Shown: piece by piece, positions 1-9,996 of the stretch
How positions within the stretch are numbered: position 1 is the stretch's first letter
How the letters are laid out: every line of letters starts with the position of its first letter
Virus record (IMG/VR): IMGVR_UViG_3300013108_000188
DNA: 64,000 nt
Strand: one strand, 5' to 3'
From: a virus
Made by a program: the position numbers and the translations under genes
Notes under the pieces: model-generated
What the model was told of the DNA's origin: nothing
The model's database searches: none
The model's input: only the letters and a program-made list of their open reading frames with translations

Positions 1-549
1 GGTTGACTTCACTATTTGAGACCTTGTCATATCTCTAGTCTCTTTACCTTCTGCTGTATCTGTCATTTCTTTAGTTGTGGATAACATACCCAAACTATCT
101 AATACAAACATTATAGGTTTTCTTTTGTCTTCTGGACTCTCCAGATACTTGTCAACTATTTTAATTGATTGTGTTCTAAATTCTTGTACGGTTGAAACTG
201 GTACTACTACAAATCTTTTACTATCAATACCTCTATCTTCAATCATATTTTTAGATACAGCACTTTCACTTTCAAAGTAGATAACTCCTGCGTCTTTGTT
301 ATCATCTAAAAAGTGTTTGCATATTCCTAATGCAAAGAAAGTTTTACCTGTAGCGGCCTCACCTGCAATAGCAGTTATTTTATTACCAGGCATTCCGCCA
401 TATATACTTCCTGATAATAGAGCATTAAGAGAATAGCAACCTGTATCAACAAAACTTGATACATCGCCAGCGTCAACTCCTTCACTTGCTAATGTGGCAT
501 ATTCGTTGCCAGTTTCTTTTATAATGTCTTTTAAAAAATCATTTGTCAT
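1..549 (-). CDS. uvsX: UvsX RecA-like recombinase (5' part; runs off the left edge)
   Basis: Manual translation from ATG at 549: [18 protein letters not shown]...[38 protein letters not shown] (Walker A), then YFESESA and [15 protein letters not shown] upstream. Not in the ORF track because it is truncated. Confidence 0.95.
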   Translation of the reverse strand, partial: MTNDFLKDIIKETGNEYATLASEGVDAGDVSSFVDTGCYSLNALLSGSIYGGMPGNKITAIAGEAATGKTFFALGICKHFLDDNKDAGVIYFESESAVSKNMIEDRGIDSKRFVVVPVSTVQEFRTQSIKIVDKYLESPEDKRKPIMFVLDSLGMLSTTKEMTDTAEGKETRDMTRSQIVKST

Positions 550-558
550 ATTTTCTCC

Positions 559-587
559 ATACTATCATATTATTAATTAGTTGTCAA
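559..587 (-). promoter_or_regulatory. sigma70-type early promoter for uvsX
   Basis: TTGACA-N17-TAGTAT with TG extended -10. Confidence 0.7.
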
Positions 588-903
588 CAGCCAACTTCTT
601 TCTGGTGAACATATTGAAATTAGATAGGTTTGTATATACTTCACCTTCTATTCTCAACGATTCATCTTTTGGTACCCAATCTTTTGGTGGGTCTTCGTAC
701 TCCTCTGGTCTGATTTTATCCCATAGGTGTACTTTAAATTCGGGTAGTGATACTGGTCCAAATTGGTCATAGATACGACCTTCAAAGTTCATTGCCATAT
801 CCATAACTTGTTCTCTATTATAGGCAACTTTTCTTTGATAATCATAATAAGGTTTTAAATCTTCGTAATCTTTTTTGTTTATGGCCATTCCTTTTCCTAA
901 CAT
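577..903 (-). CDS. hypothetical protein
   Basis: 108-aa ORF in line with its neighbours; true start may be the second Met (MAINKK). Confidence 0.7.
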   Translation of the reverse strand: MLGKGMAINKKDYEDLKPYYDYQRKVAYNREQVMDMAMNFEGRIYDQFGPVSLPEFKVHLWDKIRPEEYEDPPKDWVPKDESLRIEGEVYTNLSNFNMFTRKKLAVDN

Positions 904-2141
904 AAGAAATTCTCCAATGTCGCTTTTCTGCTTGACGCAAAGAAATCATAATCTTTTGGTCCGAAACACCATACATTTTCTATATATGTTTTGGACATAA
1001 AGTCAGCTTTTTCTCTATCATCTTTAAAAAGTTTATCGCTTTTAGGTCGTTGCATAATTCTCATACCGATTTGACCTAGAAACTTATCTCTATGTTTATT
1101 TATTAATTCATCACTTGACCTGTATCTAACATTTTTAACTTTAGGGTCCATAATATTAACTAACATAAACTTACTTTTACTTAATGTTTTTTCTGCAACT
1201 GGTAAATAGAAATCGTCTCTCCATCTTTCATATTCATTAAACTTAAACCAAGATTGATTTTCTTCTTTCTCTCCACCTTTGTTATATTCTTCTGTACTGA
1301 AATAAGGTGGACTTGTAAATGCACAATCTATATCTGGTAGTTCATTATAAGGTAAATCTTCTGCACCACAATTCCATATCTTAACTTTTTTGTTAGGAAA
1401 GATTTTACTATATTCTTCTATCTGTTTATGATATTGTTTATATGTGTTTGGGTTTGGGTCACAACCATAATATTCTGTTGCACTACTAGAAAAGAAACCA
1501 GCAAGTCTATCTCCCCAACCACAACTGGTATCTAATACGGTGTTCGCTTTTGTCATATCATATATTGTTTTAGCAACAAGTGGTTTAAATTGTGTTGCAA
1601 TATATGTACCTAATCTTATTGCTTCTCTATAACTTTTACCTGATAAATCTTTACTACTATTTACACCTCTCCATAATGCACCTAAAATTTTCCATATATC
1701 TTTTGCACTACCTTTTGTCCAAACATCAATTGGTGCTCTAAAACTATAACTTGAACAATTTAATCTTAAATGTTGATGAAAATAATTACTGCACTTATTA
1801 TAATAAGCAGGTGCGTCTATAATACCTAAACCATATTTTGAATATGGATGTTCATAGTCATCATATTTTTCACCTACAATTTTATCTGATTGGTCTTTAG
1901 GTGTACATATTTTACTTGTATCAAAATTACTTAATTGTATAATATTGTCTTTCATTTCCTGATATGAAATATTATTTAAAGGAAACTTTGGTCTGTAAGT
2001 AGCAATATATTCTGATAGTACTTCTCTAAATCTTTCCTTACCTAATTTTTCAGTCCATCTTTTAAACTGAATAGAATCCATAATAGGTAGACCATCTTCA
2101 TTAGCAAAATCTTTTAAATCCATCGTATATAAATCCATCAC
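897..2141 (-). CDS. amino-DNA methyltransferase (m6A/m4C type)
   Basis: SAM-binding motif VLDTSCGWGDR, then GCDPN, then catalytic FTSPPYF. Confidence 0.85.
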   Translation of the reverse strand: MMDLYTMDLKDFANEDGLPIMDSIQFKRWTEKLGKERFREVLSEYIATYRPKFPLNNISYQEMKDNIIQLSNFDTSKICTPKDQSDKIVGEKYDDYEHPYSKYGLGIIDAPAYYNKCSNYFHQHLRLNCSSYSFRAPIDVWTKGSAKDIWKILGALWRGVNSSKDLSGKSYREAIRLGTYIATQFKPLVAKTIYDMTKANTVLDTSCGWGDRLAGFFSSSATEYYGCDPNPNTYKQYHKQIEEYSKIFPNKKVKIWNCGAEDLPYNELPDIDCAFTSPPYFSTEEYNKGGEKEENQSWFKFNEYERWRDDFYLPVAEKTLSKSKFMLVNIMDPKVKNVRYRSSDELINKHRDKFLGQIGMRIMQRPKSDKLFKDDREKADFMSKTYIENVWCFGPKDYDFFASSRKATLENFLC

Positions 2142-2147
2142 TTTTCT

Positions 2148-2243
2148 TTAAGGTTTAGGGTCTTCATTGTTCCACATAATTAATAATGATATAGGTACTA
2201 CATATATCAAAGTTGTCAGTATTATACTATAAAAAATTAACAT
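2148..2243 (-). CDS. 31-aa putative single-pass membrane peptide
   Basis: Manual translation MLIFYSIILTTLIYVVPISLLIMWNNEDPKP; fills the gap between genes but overlaps a promoter. Confidence 0.45.
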   Translation of the reverse strand: MLIFYSIILTTLIYVVPISLLIMWNNEDPKP

Positions 2244-2249
2244 AGTCAA
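2221..2249 (-). promoter_or_regulatory. sigma70-type early promoter upstream of methyltransferase
   Basis: TTGACT-N17-TATAAT. Confidence 0.7.
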
Positions 2250-2254
2250 GCATC

Positions 2255-2587
2255 CTAGATGTTTTCAAATTCCTCCAAGTGTAAATCTATTCCTATAAGT
2301 TCATCTGGTTTACCTTTAGGATAACTCGGCCATACTTTAAATTCTTCTCCTGTTGTATCACTCTTACAACCTGCAACTAACCAATCCCATTTAAAATCTC
2401 CATCTATAACAAACTCGTTCATCACTTCATATCTTCCATCAGGTTTTTGTTTAAGTAATTCTTCTTTACACTCGTCCATTGTTTTAAACCAACCTTGCAT
2501 TTGAAAAGTTTGTTGTGTATCTATTGGACTATGACCAATTAGATATGCTAATATTAATATTTTAAAATCAGCCATTGTACCTTTCAT
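2255..2587 (-). CDS. hypothetical protein with N-terminal hydrophobic segment
   Basis: 110-aa ORF; probable start [14 protein letters not shown]; two Cys. Confidence 0.65.
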   Translation of the reverse strand: MKGTMADFKILILAYLIGHSPIDTQQTFQMQGWFKTMDECKEELLKQKPDGRYEVMNEFVIDGDFKWDWLVAGCKSDTTGEEFKVWPSYPKGKPDELIGIDLHLEEFENI

Positions 2588-3617
2588 ATACTTTGTTGAT
2601 TACATTATTTGCTCTAACGAAACTTGCACATTTAGGTATATCTTTTAATCTTCTTGCACCAATATATGTACAAGCACTTCTAACTCCACCTAATATATCT
2701 TCAACGGTTTCTGAAACTGGTCCTCTATCAGGTAATATAACTAATCGTCCTTCATTACCTCTATAACCATCTTTTCTTTTTCCGTGTATCTCTCTTGCTC
2801 TATCAGAAGACATACCATAAAATTCTCTTTTGCCATCTTTTACTTGCACTTCACTTTCATTATGTCCTGCTAACATACCACCTAACATTATAAAGTGAGC
2901 ACCTGCTCCAAATGCCTTTGCTAAATCTCCTGGCATTGTACAACCACCATCAGCAACTATATGTCCACCAACACCATTAGCGGCGTCAGCACATTCCATT
3001 ACTGCACTAAATTGAGGTACACCTACACCTGCCATAGTTCTTGTCGTACATACACTACCAGGACCAATACCTACTTTAACTACATCTGCACCTCTTATAA
3101 TTAGTTCTTCTGTCATTTCTGCTGTAACCACATTACCAGCGATGATAGTTTTATCTGGATATTCGTCTCTAACTCTTGCTATAAAATCTGAAAAATTTGT
3201 ATGATAACCATTTGCGACATCTATTGTAATAAACTTAACATCTGGAAAACTCTTTAATACTTTTTGCATTGTATTATAGTCTTCTGCTTCATCTGTCCAT
3301 AGTTTATTTGTACCTGAACATACTGATAGATACTTTAATTTAATTCCACTACCAACTGCTTGTTGCCACTCGCCTAATGTTGTTGTCTTTGTAATAGTAG
3401 TCATCATCTTATAATTCTGTAAGACTTTCGCCATACTAAATGTTCCTACTCCGTCCATATTAGAAGCAATAATAGGACAACACTTATATGTTTCTCCACT
3501 ATGTCTAAATTTAAACTCTCTAGTCATATCTACATCACGCCTAGATGATAATGTAGACCTTTTAGGTTTTAATAATACATCTTCATAATTTAATTTTATT
3601 TCAGGTTCTATTCTCAT
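2568..3617 (-). CDS. guaC: GMP reductase
   Basis: [43 protein letters not shown] (catalytic Cys), FYGMSS; no CBS domains. Confidence 0.95.
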   Translation of the reverse strand: MRIEPEIKLNYEDVLLKPKRSTLSSRRDVDMTREFKFRHSGETYKCCPIIASNMDGVGTFSMAKVLQNYKMMTTITKTTTLGEWQQAVGSGIKLKYLSVCSGTNKLWTDEAEDYNTMQKVLKSFPDVKFITIDVANGYHTNFSDFIARVRDEYPDKTIIAGNVVTAEMTEELIIRGADVVKVGIGPGSVCTTRTMAGVGVPQFSAVMECADAANGVGGHIVADGGCTMPGDLAKAFGAGAHFIMLGGMLAGHNESEVQVKDGKREFYGMSSDRAREIHGKRKDGYRGNEGRLVILPDRGPVSETVEDILGGVRSACTYIGARRLKDIPKCASFVRANNVINKVYERYNG

Positions 3618-3691
3618 TTCTTTTTCCTCTTAACTAACCAAGTAATTATACCAGACAAAAAAGCAAATAAAGCACCAATGCCTAATCTCAT
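3614..3691 (-). CDS. 25-aa membrane peptide
   Basis: [25 protein letters not shown]; ATGA overlaps with both the upstream MTase stop and the guaC start. Confidence 0.7.
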   Translation of the reverse strand: MRLGIGALFAFLSGIITWLVKRKKK

Positions 3692-4776
3692 ATTCCTAAT
3701 CTTCCATATTTAGATAATCTTTTATTAATGTCTTTGATATAGTTCTTTTCTCTTTCTATTAAATAATATTCTTTATTCTCTAATATACACGCTTCACCAG
3801 TAGTACCTGTACCAGCAAAAGGGTCTAATACTAATCCATCTTTTGGTGTAGCTAATCTAATTAAGTATCTCATTAATGCAATAGGTTTAACCGTTGGATG
3901 TTTTGTATCTTCTTTTTCTTTTTTACTTGCCTTTGCACTATAGAAATATCTTGCAACAGAACCTTCATCTTTAATTTGAGGTCCTGATTCTAAATATTCT
4001 TCTTTTGCTGATTGTTGTCCACCAATATCTTTACCCATATTACCATAACCAGTAACCTTAACTTTTGGCCAATGACCTGTTGTCTTCTGATTTGGAAACG
4101 ATTCTATTACTTCATCTGAACCATCGTGTATTACATTAGCAGGATAACGACCTTTATCACTTGTCTTAATATCTTTACCTTCAAATTTTCCATAGTCGTT
4201 CTTTGCCATCTTATCTGTTTTAAAAATTCCTTTGCCACCTAATCTTTTATCATCACCATCAACTAATCCTATTCTGCAATCATCTATATTCAAACTAGGA
4301 TTAACTCCTTTTCTTGCCATAACAATAGGTTCGTGTGCTGGTTTTAAATAGTTTTTTCTTTTAGGAAAACCACTACCATATATCCAATTAATCATATCAA
4401 ATATTTCAAACCCAGCGTCTTCTACTGCAACTCCCATTCTATGATAATTTCTAGGAGCGGCAAACGCTAATAGTACTGCACCTGGTTTTATAACTCTATA
4501 TACTTCTTTCCAGAAATCTTTATTAAATGCAATGTCACCACCATCCCAAGTCTGTCCCATAAAACCTTTTGCCGTATTATGATAAGGACCATTTCGTCCT
4601 TCTTTTGTATCTCGGTTATTGATAGCTTTCTGACCAGGTCCAAATCGTTTAACAATGGAAGCTAAATGATATGGTGGGTCTGTAACCACACTATCAAATT
4701 TATTATCTTCTAGTGTTTTTAAATGTTCTAAACTATCTGCATTAATAACAAACGACATACCACTTAATTCCTTCAT
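3688..4776 (-). CDS. beta-class DNA methyltransferase (N6-A/N4-C)
   Basis: VVTDPPY near the N-terminus; HPTVKP and VLDPFAGTGTT near the C-terminus; likely start MSFVINADSL. Confidence 0.92.
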   Translation of the reverse strand: MKELSGMSFVINADSLEHLKTLEDNKFDSVVTDPPYHLASIVKRFGPGQKAINNRDTKEGRNGPYHNTAKGFMGQTWDGGDIAFNKDFWKEVYRVIKPGAVLLAFAAPRNYHRMGVAVEDAGFEIFDMINWIYGSGFPKRKNYLKPAHEPIVMARKGVNPSLNIDDCRIGLVDGDDKRLGGKGIFKTDKMAKNDYGKFEGKDIKTSDKGRYPANVIHDGSDEVIESFPNQKTTGHWPKVKVTGYGNMGKDIGGQQSAKEEYLESGPQIKDEGSVARYFYSAKASKKEKEDTKHPTVKPIALMRYLIRLATPKDGLVLDPFAGTGTTGEACILENKEYYLIEREKNYIKDINKRLSKYGRLGI

Positions 4777-4870
4777 CTTTTAAAAATTGTTCTATCTTTG
4801 GCCATTGACTTGCTGGAAAATCGTGTATCAATTGTTCCTGACCTGCATTTCTGTATATCACTAATCTCAT
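4742..4870 (-). CDS. 42-aa hypothetical protein
   Basis: MRLVIYRNAGQEQLIHDFPASQWPKIEQFLKDEGIKWYVVCY; ATGA overlap with the upstream stop. Confidence 0.6.
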   Translation of the reverse strand: MRLVIYRNAGQEQLIHDFPASQWPKIEQFLKDEGIKWYVVCY

Positions 4871-5355
4871 TTTGTAAGTTCATATTCAAAATTTTGTGTC
4901 TCTTTGTTTATACTAATTTGTTTTGCACCATTTCTAATATGATAATGTGTTGCCATTGGTGTTAATGGCGATAAGGTAACTAATCTTTTAATCTTATTCT
5001 TTTTAGCCCACTCTATTACCTTTTTCATAATCTCTTTACCTGCACCTCTCTTACGAGACCATACCGTATATGCAATAGCATTATTCTTTTCATTTTTTAT
5101 ATCTGCAAGTTCACTCATCATATCTAATTCTTTTATATTGTGAGGAATATCGTTTGTAAATGCAACACAAATAATACCTTCAATCTCATCTTCATATTTT
5201 AATCCATATATCTTTCTACCTTTAGTTATTCTCCAACCTAAAGTTAGTTCAGGTCTTACAGGATCCTCCTCAACATCTATGTCATCTAGTTCAACTAGTT
5301 CAGTTCCTTTAACCCACTTATAAAAGTTTTTAAATTTATCTTTAAATAATTCCAT
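4867..5355 (-). CDS. hypothetical protein, probable GNAT-like fold
   Basis: AYTVWSRKRGAGKEIM (acetyl-CoA-binding loop-like) ...RLVTLSP...HYHIRNGA. Confidence 0.6.
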   Translation of the reverse strand: MELFKDKFKNFYKWVKGTELVELDDIDVEEDPVRPELTLGWRITKGRKIYGLKYEDEIEGIICVAFTNDIPHNIKELDMMSELADIKNEKNNAIAYTVWSRKRGAGKEIMKKVIEWAKKNKIKRLVTLSPLTPMATHYHIRNGAKQISINKETQNFEYELTK

Positions 5356-7838
5356 TAGAAAAATGCCTCCAAACTTGCTTGAGGTTCAGCGTGCCAACCT
5401 ATTGAACCTAATATAAACCTCATCGGGTCTAAAAATGTTTTCTCAAATTGTAATTCATAATCTATATATTCTTTCAGTTCAAACTCTCTCGGAAGAGTAG
5501 CAAGATAAGAACATACATTAAACTTAAATGGATTAGGTTCTTTTAATAAAACAAACTTAATCTTATCTCCTTCTTGTATTGATGGATACTTATGGTCTAA
5601 TCTTTTATCTTTTAAATGATAATTGTATATGAGACTACCTTTGATATGTATTGGTGTTCCTTTAATGAATATAGTACTAGCACTATAATACTTTCTTAAA
5701 TTATTACAACTTCTAGGAAAAGCAATTTGTTCTGGTTCAAAATTTGTAAATTTCTTTTTAAAGTCTGCAATAAAATTATGTAAATCAGATTCTTCTTTAT
5801 TCATAATCAATCTAATTGCTTCTTTAATTGCAACTCTACATACTTCTGGCGTTGAAGATTTAACTGCTTCAATACCCATTATCTTTAGTTTAGGTTCTTC
5901 ATATCTAAAACCTTCTTCATCAAGTACATTAAGCATATATCTTTTCTTAGCAGTCCATATACCTTTATCAGCAATTACTTCTCGTTTCATAACCATTTTT
6001 TGTCCAATCGCATTGGTATAATCTGCAAGTTCATTAAAACACTTTTCTATAAATGGTTCTATTCTACTATCTACAACTCTATTAATAAAGTTTATTGTTT
6101 GTTCTTTAGTTTTATCCTTACATACTTTATTAACTAGTTCATCTAATCTTAAATAAATTGAATCTGTATCAGACGCAACAATATAATCTTGTTTTGTTTT
6201 TAATATATTATTAATATATTCATTTACTTTTTTCTCAATATACTGAATAATAAATTGACCAGAAGTAGTAATCGCTGTTGCTTGATTAACATTATAATAT
6301 CTAAAGTATTGATTACCTATGGCACCATAAGCACTATTCAATGATATTTTCTTTGCCCATTGAATATTATGACATCTACTAGTTTCTTTTGCATAGATTG
6401 GGTCTTTTGTTTTTTGATAATTTTTCTTTGCTTCAAACTCTAACTTCTTAAATTCTACTCGGTCATTGTACATCTTCTCCATTATCTTCGGTAAGAAACC
6501 TTGATTATCTATTTTAAACATAGCACCATTTGGAGTAATAGTACAACCTTTATCTTTTAAATAATTTAATTCTACTTTTTTCTTTATCATATTATTAACA
6601 CTAATACCTTCAGGATTAACACCTACCATTTTTTCTGGAGATATATTATACTGCATAATCAAATGTGGATATAGTGAGTTAATATCAAATGAAACAATCC
6701 ATTTATGTTGACCGACCTGTGGTGACTTAACATAAGCACCAACATACTTCTCATCTTTTGCTTGTTCTATTCTTGGTGGGATTTGAATATTATCTTTTAA
6801 TAAATGATTATAAATTAATGTATCCCATAATCTAACTTCTGAAAATACATCTTGGTAATTAATCTTTGCTTCATACGCCATAGTTAATACAAGTTCAATC
6901 AACTTTAATTTATCTTCTAGTTCATCAACTATCTCAACATCTTTAATATTGTAATCTACAAACGATTGAAAGTCATTGGTGTACCACTCTCTAAATGTAT
7001 CATATGGGTTGGCGTCTTTACCATTACTGCCAAGTTCTACTTTAGCAATATAATCTAGTTTATAACTTTCTTGTCTAACTGGAATAAATTTTTTATAGAT
7101 GTCAAGGTAATCTAACATAGTAATACCTTTAATATCATATGCCGTTTGTGTCTGACCTCTTACGGTTATCTGTTCACTATCAATTAATCCCCAAGGAGAT
7201 AACTTATTAATTACTTTATCTCCAACTAATAATTTAATTCTATTACATAGATATGGCAAATCAAAAAACTTTGTATTCCATCCTGTAATAATATCTGGAT
7301 AATTCTTTGTCCAAAATTTGAAAAACTCCATTAATAATTGTTTTTCATTTTGACACTCAATATAGGTTACATCTGCTCTCTTTGAAAAATAAGGTTTGGT
7401 TCCCCAGGTGATAATGTTCTTATTGGATTGGTTCTTAATAGTAAGACATAAGATTTCCTCTATAGGATTTTCTACATCTGGGAAACCTTTTTCAGCGGTT
7501 ACCTCAATATCTAATGTAAATATCTTAATCAGGTTCTTATCGTATTGTATATCACCTGGGTATTCTTCAGCGATGTATTGAAAATGGTATCTCTCATTTC
7601 CGTACAATGCACTATTAGAATTCTGATAATTTCTTTTAAATTCTCTTGCTTTGGGTATACTATTAAATGTGATTGGTTTTAAATTTTGACCTTGAAGATT
7701 TTTATGTGGACTATCTTCGTGTGTGATTGAAAACAATGTTGGTTTAAAGTTAATCTTTTCTTTAAATTCTTTTCCTTCGTGGATTCCTCTAACTAAAAGA
7801 TTACCTCTATGTTCAATTACATCTTTATAAAAATTCAT
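5355..7838 (-). CDS. gp43: family B DNA polymerase (gp43)
   Basis: LDIEV exonuclease motif, SFDINSLYPH, KISLNSAYG, SDTDS, KKRY, C-terminal clamp-binding SLEAFF. Confidence 0.98.
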   Translation of the reverse strand: MNFYKDVIEHRGNLLVRGIHEGKEFKEKINFKPTLFSITHEDSPHKNLQGQNLKPITFNSIPKAREFKRNYQNSNSALYGNERYHFQYIAEEYPGDIQYDKNLIKIFTLDIEVTAEKGFPDVENPIEEILCLTIKNQSNKNIITWGTKPYFSKRADVTYIECQNEKQLLMEFFKFWTKNYPDIITGWNTKFFDLPYLCNRIKLLVGDKVINKLSPWGLIDSEQITVRGQTQTAYDIKGITMLDYLDIYKKFIPVRQESYKLDYIAKVELGSNGKDANPYDTFREWYTNDFQSFVDYNIKDVEIVDELEDKLKLIELVLTMAYEAKINYQDVFSEVRLWDTLIYNHLLKDNIQIPPRIEQAKDEKYVGAYVKSPQVGQHKWIVSFDINSLYPHLIMQYNISPEKMVGVNPEGISVNNMIKKKVELNYLKDKGCTITPNGAMFKIDNQGFLPKIMEKMYNDRVEFKKLEFEAKKNYQKTKDPIYAKETSRCHNIQWAKKISLNSAYGAIGNQYFRYYNVNQATAITTSGQFIIQYIEKKVNEYINNILKTKQDYIVASDTDSIYLRLDELVNKVCKDKTKEQTINFINRVVDSRIEPFIEKCFNELADYTNAIGQKMVMKREVIADKGIWTAKKRYMLNVLDEEGFRYEEPKLKIMGIEAVKSSTPEVCRVAIKEAIRLIMNKEESDLHNFIADFKKKFTNFEPEQIAFPRSCNNLRKYYSASTIFIKGTPIHIKGSLIYNYHLKDKRLDHKYPSIQEGDKIKFVLLKEPNPFKFNVCSYLATLPREFELKEYIDYELQFEKTFLDPMRFILGSIGWHAEPQASLEAFF

Positions 7839-8203
7839 TATATATTCTCCATATCTCTTAAATGAACAATCAAACCATTATGTTTAGGTGTTAAAATAAC
7901 TTGACAAGCTAACCTAGAATACATACGGTCATATTCAGGTTGCATTTCCATTAATTCTGTTTCTAAACTATTATGTTCAGCAGGACCTACTCTATTAATA
8001 TCTTCTTTTATATTAATATGACAAGTACCACACGCTTGACATCCTCCACAATCGGCAGGAATCTCATCAATGGAAGTATTAGCAAATTTCTTTGCCGCTT
8101 CCATAATTGTAAAACCTGGCGGTACTTTGACTTCTTGTTTTGTGCCGTCTTTACTTACAAAGTATATTGTCAAAGTATCCTTCTGTTGGATACTATCTGA
8201 CAT
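7838..8203 (-). CDS. [2Fe-2S] ferredoxin, adrenodoxin/ISC type
   Basis: CGGCQACGTCH...SRLACQ. Confidence 0.93.
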   Translation of the reverse strand: MSDSIQQKDTLTIYFVSKDGTKQEVKVPPGFTIMEAAKKFANTSIDEIPADCGGCQACGTCHINIKEDINRVGPAEHNSLETELMEMQPEYDRMYSRLACQVILTPKHNGLIVHLRDMENI

Positions 8204-8493
8204 TATGTTATTAATCCTGGTCCTTGAATAATTTTACTTACACTTTGTTTATAACTAGCAAGTAAGTCTTGTTTTGGTTCCACCGTTGTTAATATCTTGT
8301 CATCTGCAAAAGTAACCGTATCGGTTTCTGCATATGGGATATAAGTGAACATACCAAACTTCATTGACTTCCCTGCTTCGGGAGCACTTGTTGGATAAAT
8401 GATATATGGATTTTTGACAGAAGTTGTTCCGTCTTTTTTTGAAATTTCTCCGATAATATCTTCACCTGTTATTAGTCTTACTATTTTTACCAT
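8203..8493 (-). CDS. conserved T4-like hypothetical protein (Sm-like fold)
   Basis: VKIVRLITGEDII...KNP...PYA pattern, familiar from marine T4-like phages upstream of gp43. Confidence 0.7.
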   Translation of the reverse strand: MVKIVRLITGEDIIGEISKKDGTTSVKNPYIIYPTSAPEAGKSMKFGMFTYIPYAETDTVTFADDKILTTVEPKQDLLASYKQSVSKIIQGPGLIT

Positions 8494-8502
8494 AATAACT
8501 CC

Positions 8503-8531
8503 ATTATATTATAATTGTTAGTCTTTGTCAA
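8503..8531 (-). promoter_or_regulatory. consensus sigma70 early promoter (ferredoxin/gp43 operon)
   Basis: TTGACA-N17-TATAAT. Confidence 0.8.
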
Positions 8532-9996
8532 TAGGCGGCAATCTCTTACTTAATACGAAAGTCCTACTAGGATTTACGCTAGCGTGAAACTGCCTAATCA
8601 TATCTCTATTTAACAAGACATCCGAACCTGACCTTGGTCTTTGGTCTAGTCCAAATTCTATATCTTTATAAGTAAACCCATTGAAAGTCATATCTAACAA
8701 TACGGTTTTTCTTATTTCGCTTGGTTCATCACCAGCGTTTGCTCTAAAAACTCTACTCTCTCCGTGAATTGGTTTAGTATATGTTTTCTTATTATACTTC
8801 CAACTTACCGTTTTACCTTTTATCTTAATATCTTCTGCGTGTAATGAACAAGCTTTAGCTCCATTACCTGTATCTAACTTGGCTCTTATCTTACCAATGT
8901 CTTCTAATTCTATTGTCTCTAACCAACCTGTTTCTATAATTGATTGTCTATCCCAATTACTTCTATCAGAAATATATTTAACAAAGTTTTTAACTAATTG
9001 TTTACCAGTAATTGCACCTCCAGGATTTGGTCCTTCAAGGTCTTTATATGCGTAACCTTCATAATCAGCACCAGTACCAGGAGAACCATTGACTTCAAGT
9101 ACATAGTACTTACCATCAACAATAATATGGTCTACTCCAACTACATATGCTTTACTAGCTCTACTAGCTTTTAAAATAATTTCTATTTCATCATCATTTA
9201 ATTTATAAGGTACTGCCTTAGCACCTCTATGTGTATTAGTTCTAAAATCAAAAGATGATTGTATTCTTTTTGTACTAGCAAATATCTTATTATCTGCTAC
9301 AAAAGTTCTTATATCAAATTTAACAGGCATAAATTCTTGTATTAATAATTCTGCTTCGTGTTTCCATAGTGATTGAATAGTAGATACAAGCGACTCATAA
9401 CTATCACATTTAACAACTCCGATACCTTGCGTACCTGTTAATGTTTTTAATACTACTGGAAACTTACCACCTATTAGTTTTACTGCGTCATCTATATTTT
9501 TTTCGTTAGATACGAAAGCAGTTCTAGGTGTTGGTATTGCAAACTTTTCAAATAATAATGCTGTTGTTAATTTATTATTACAAGTTAACATTGAGTTTCT
9601 TGTATTAATCATAAACGAACCAGAGTTTTGAAAAGCAGATATGATTGAAAGTCCTGCTTCATCTTCAACTGCACCTGCTCTAGTAATACAAATGGTGTCT
9701 CTACCAATAAATGTATGTTCAGTATCTTTACCATCATAGTTATAGATGGTTAAAGTATTCTTTTCTTCGTCTTTACCTGTTATGATTGCGTGTCTAGTTT
9801 CAATAACTATACACTTGATTTTCAATTCTTCGCAAGTCTCAGCAATCAGACCAACGGTTAATTCCTTTTTCTCCTTACCACCAACTTTTCTTTTTTTGAT
9901 GTTCGGATGAGTTTTGGTAACTACCGCTATCTGTATAGTTCTATCAGAACCTTTTTTTGCTTCGGTTATGAAATCTTTGAAATTTGATACTTGCAT
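8518..9996 (-). CDS. rimK: RimK-family ATP-grasp ligase fused to a retropepsin-like (RimB-like) protease domain
   Basis: NKL...PTPRT, PVVLKTLTGTQGIGV, IQEF, DIR, FRTNTHRG, GVD, LEVNGSPG; C-terminal GWLE...AKLDTGN...SLHA...VLLNRD. Confidence 0.9.
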   Translation of the reverse strand: MQVSNFKDFITEAKKGSDRTIQIAVVTKTHPNIKKRKVGGKEKKELTVGLIAETCEELKIKCIVIETRHAIITGKDEEKNTLTIYNYDGKDTEHTFIGRDTICITRAGAVEDEAGLSIISAFQNSGSFMINTRNSMLTCNNKLTTALLFEKFAIPTPRTAFVSNEKNIDDAVKLIGGKFPVVLKTLTGTQGIGVVKCDSYESLVSTIQSLWKHEAELLIQEFMPVKFDIRTFVADNKIFASTKRIQSSFDFRTNTHRGAKAVPYKLNDDEIEIILKASRASKAYVVGVDHIIVDGKYYVLEVNGSPGTGADYEGYAYKDLEGPNPGGAITGKQLVKNFVKYISDRSNWDRQSIIETGWLETIELEDIGKIRAKLDTGNGAKACSLHAEDIKIKGKTVSWKYNKKTYTKPIHGESRVFRANAGDEPSEIRKTVLLDMTFNGFTYKDIEFGLDQRPRSGSDVLLNRDMIRQFHASVNPSRTFVLSKRLPPIDKD

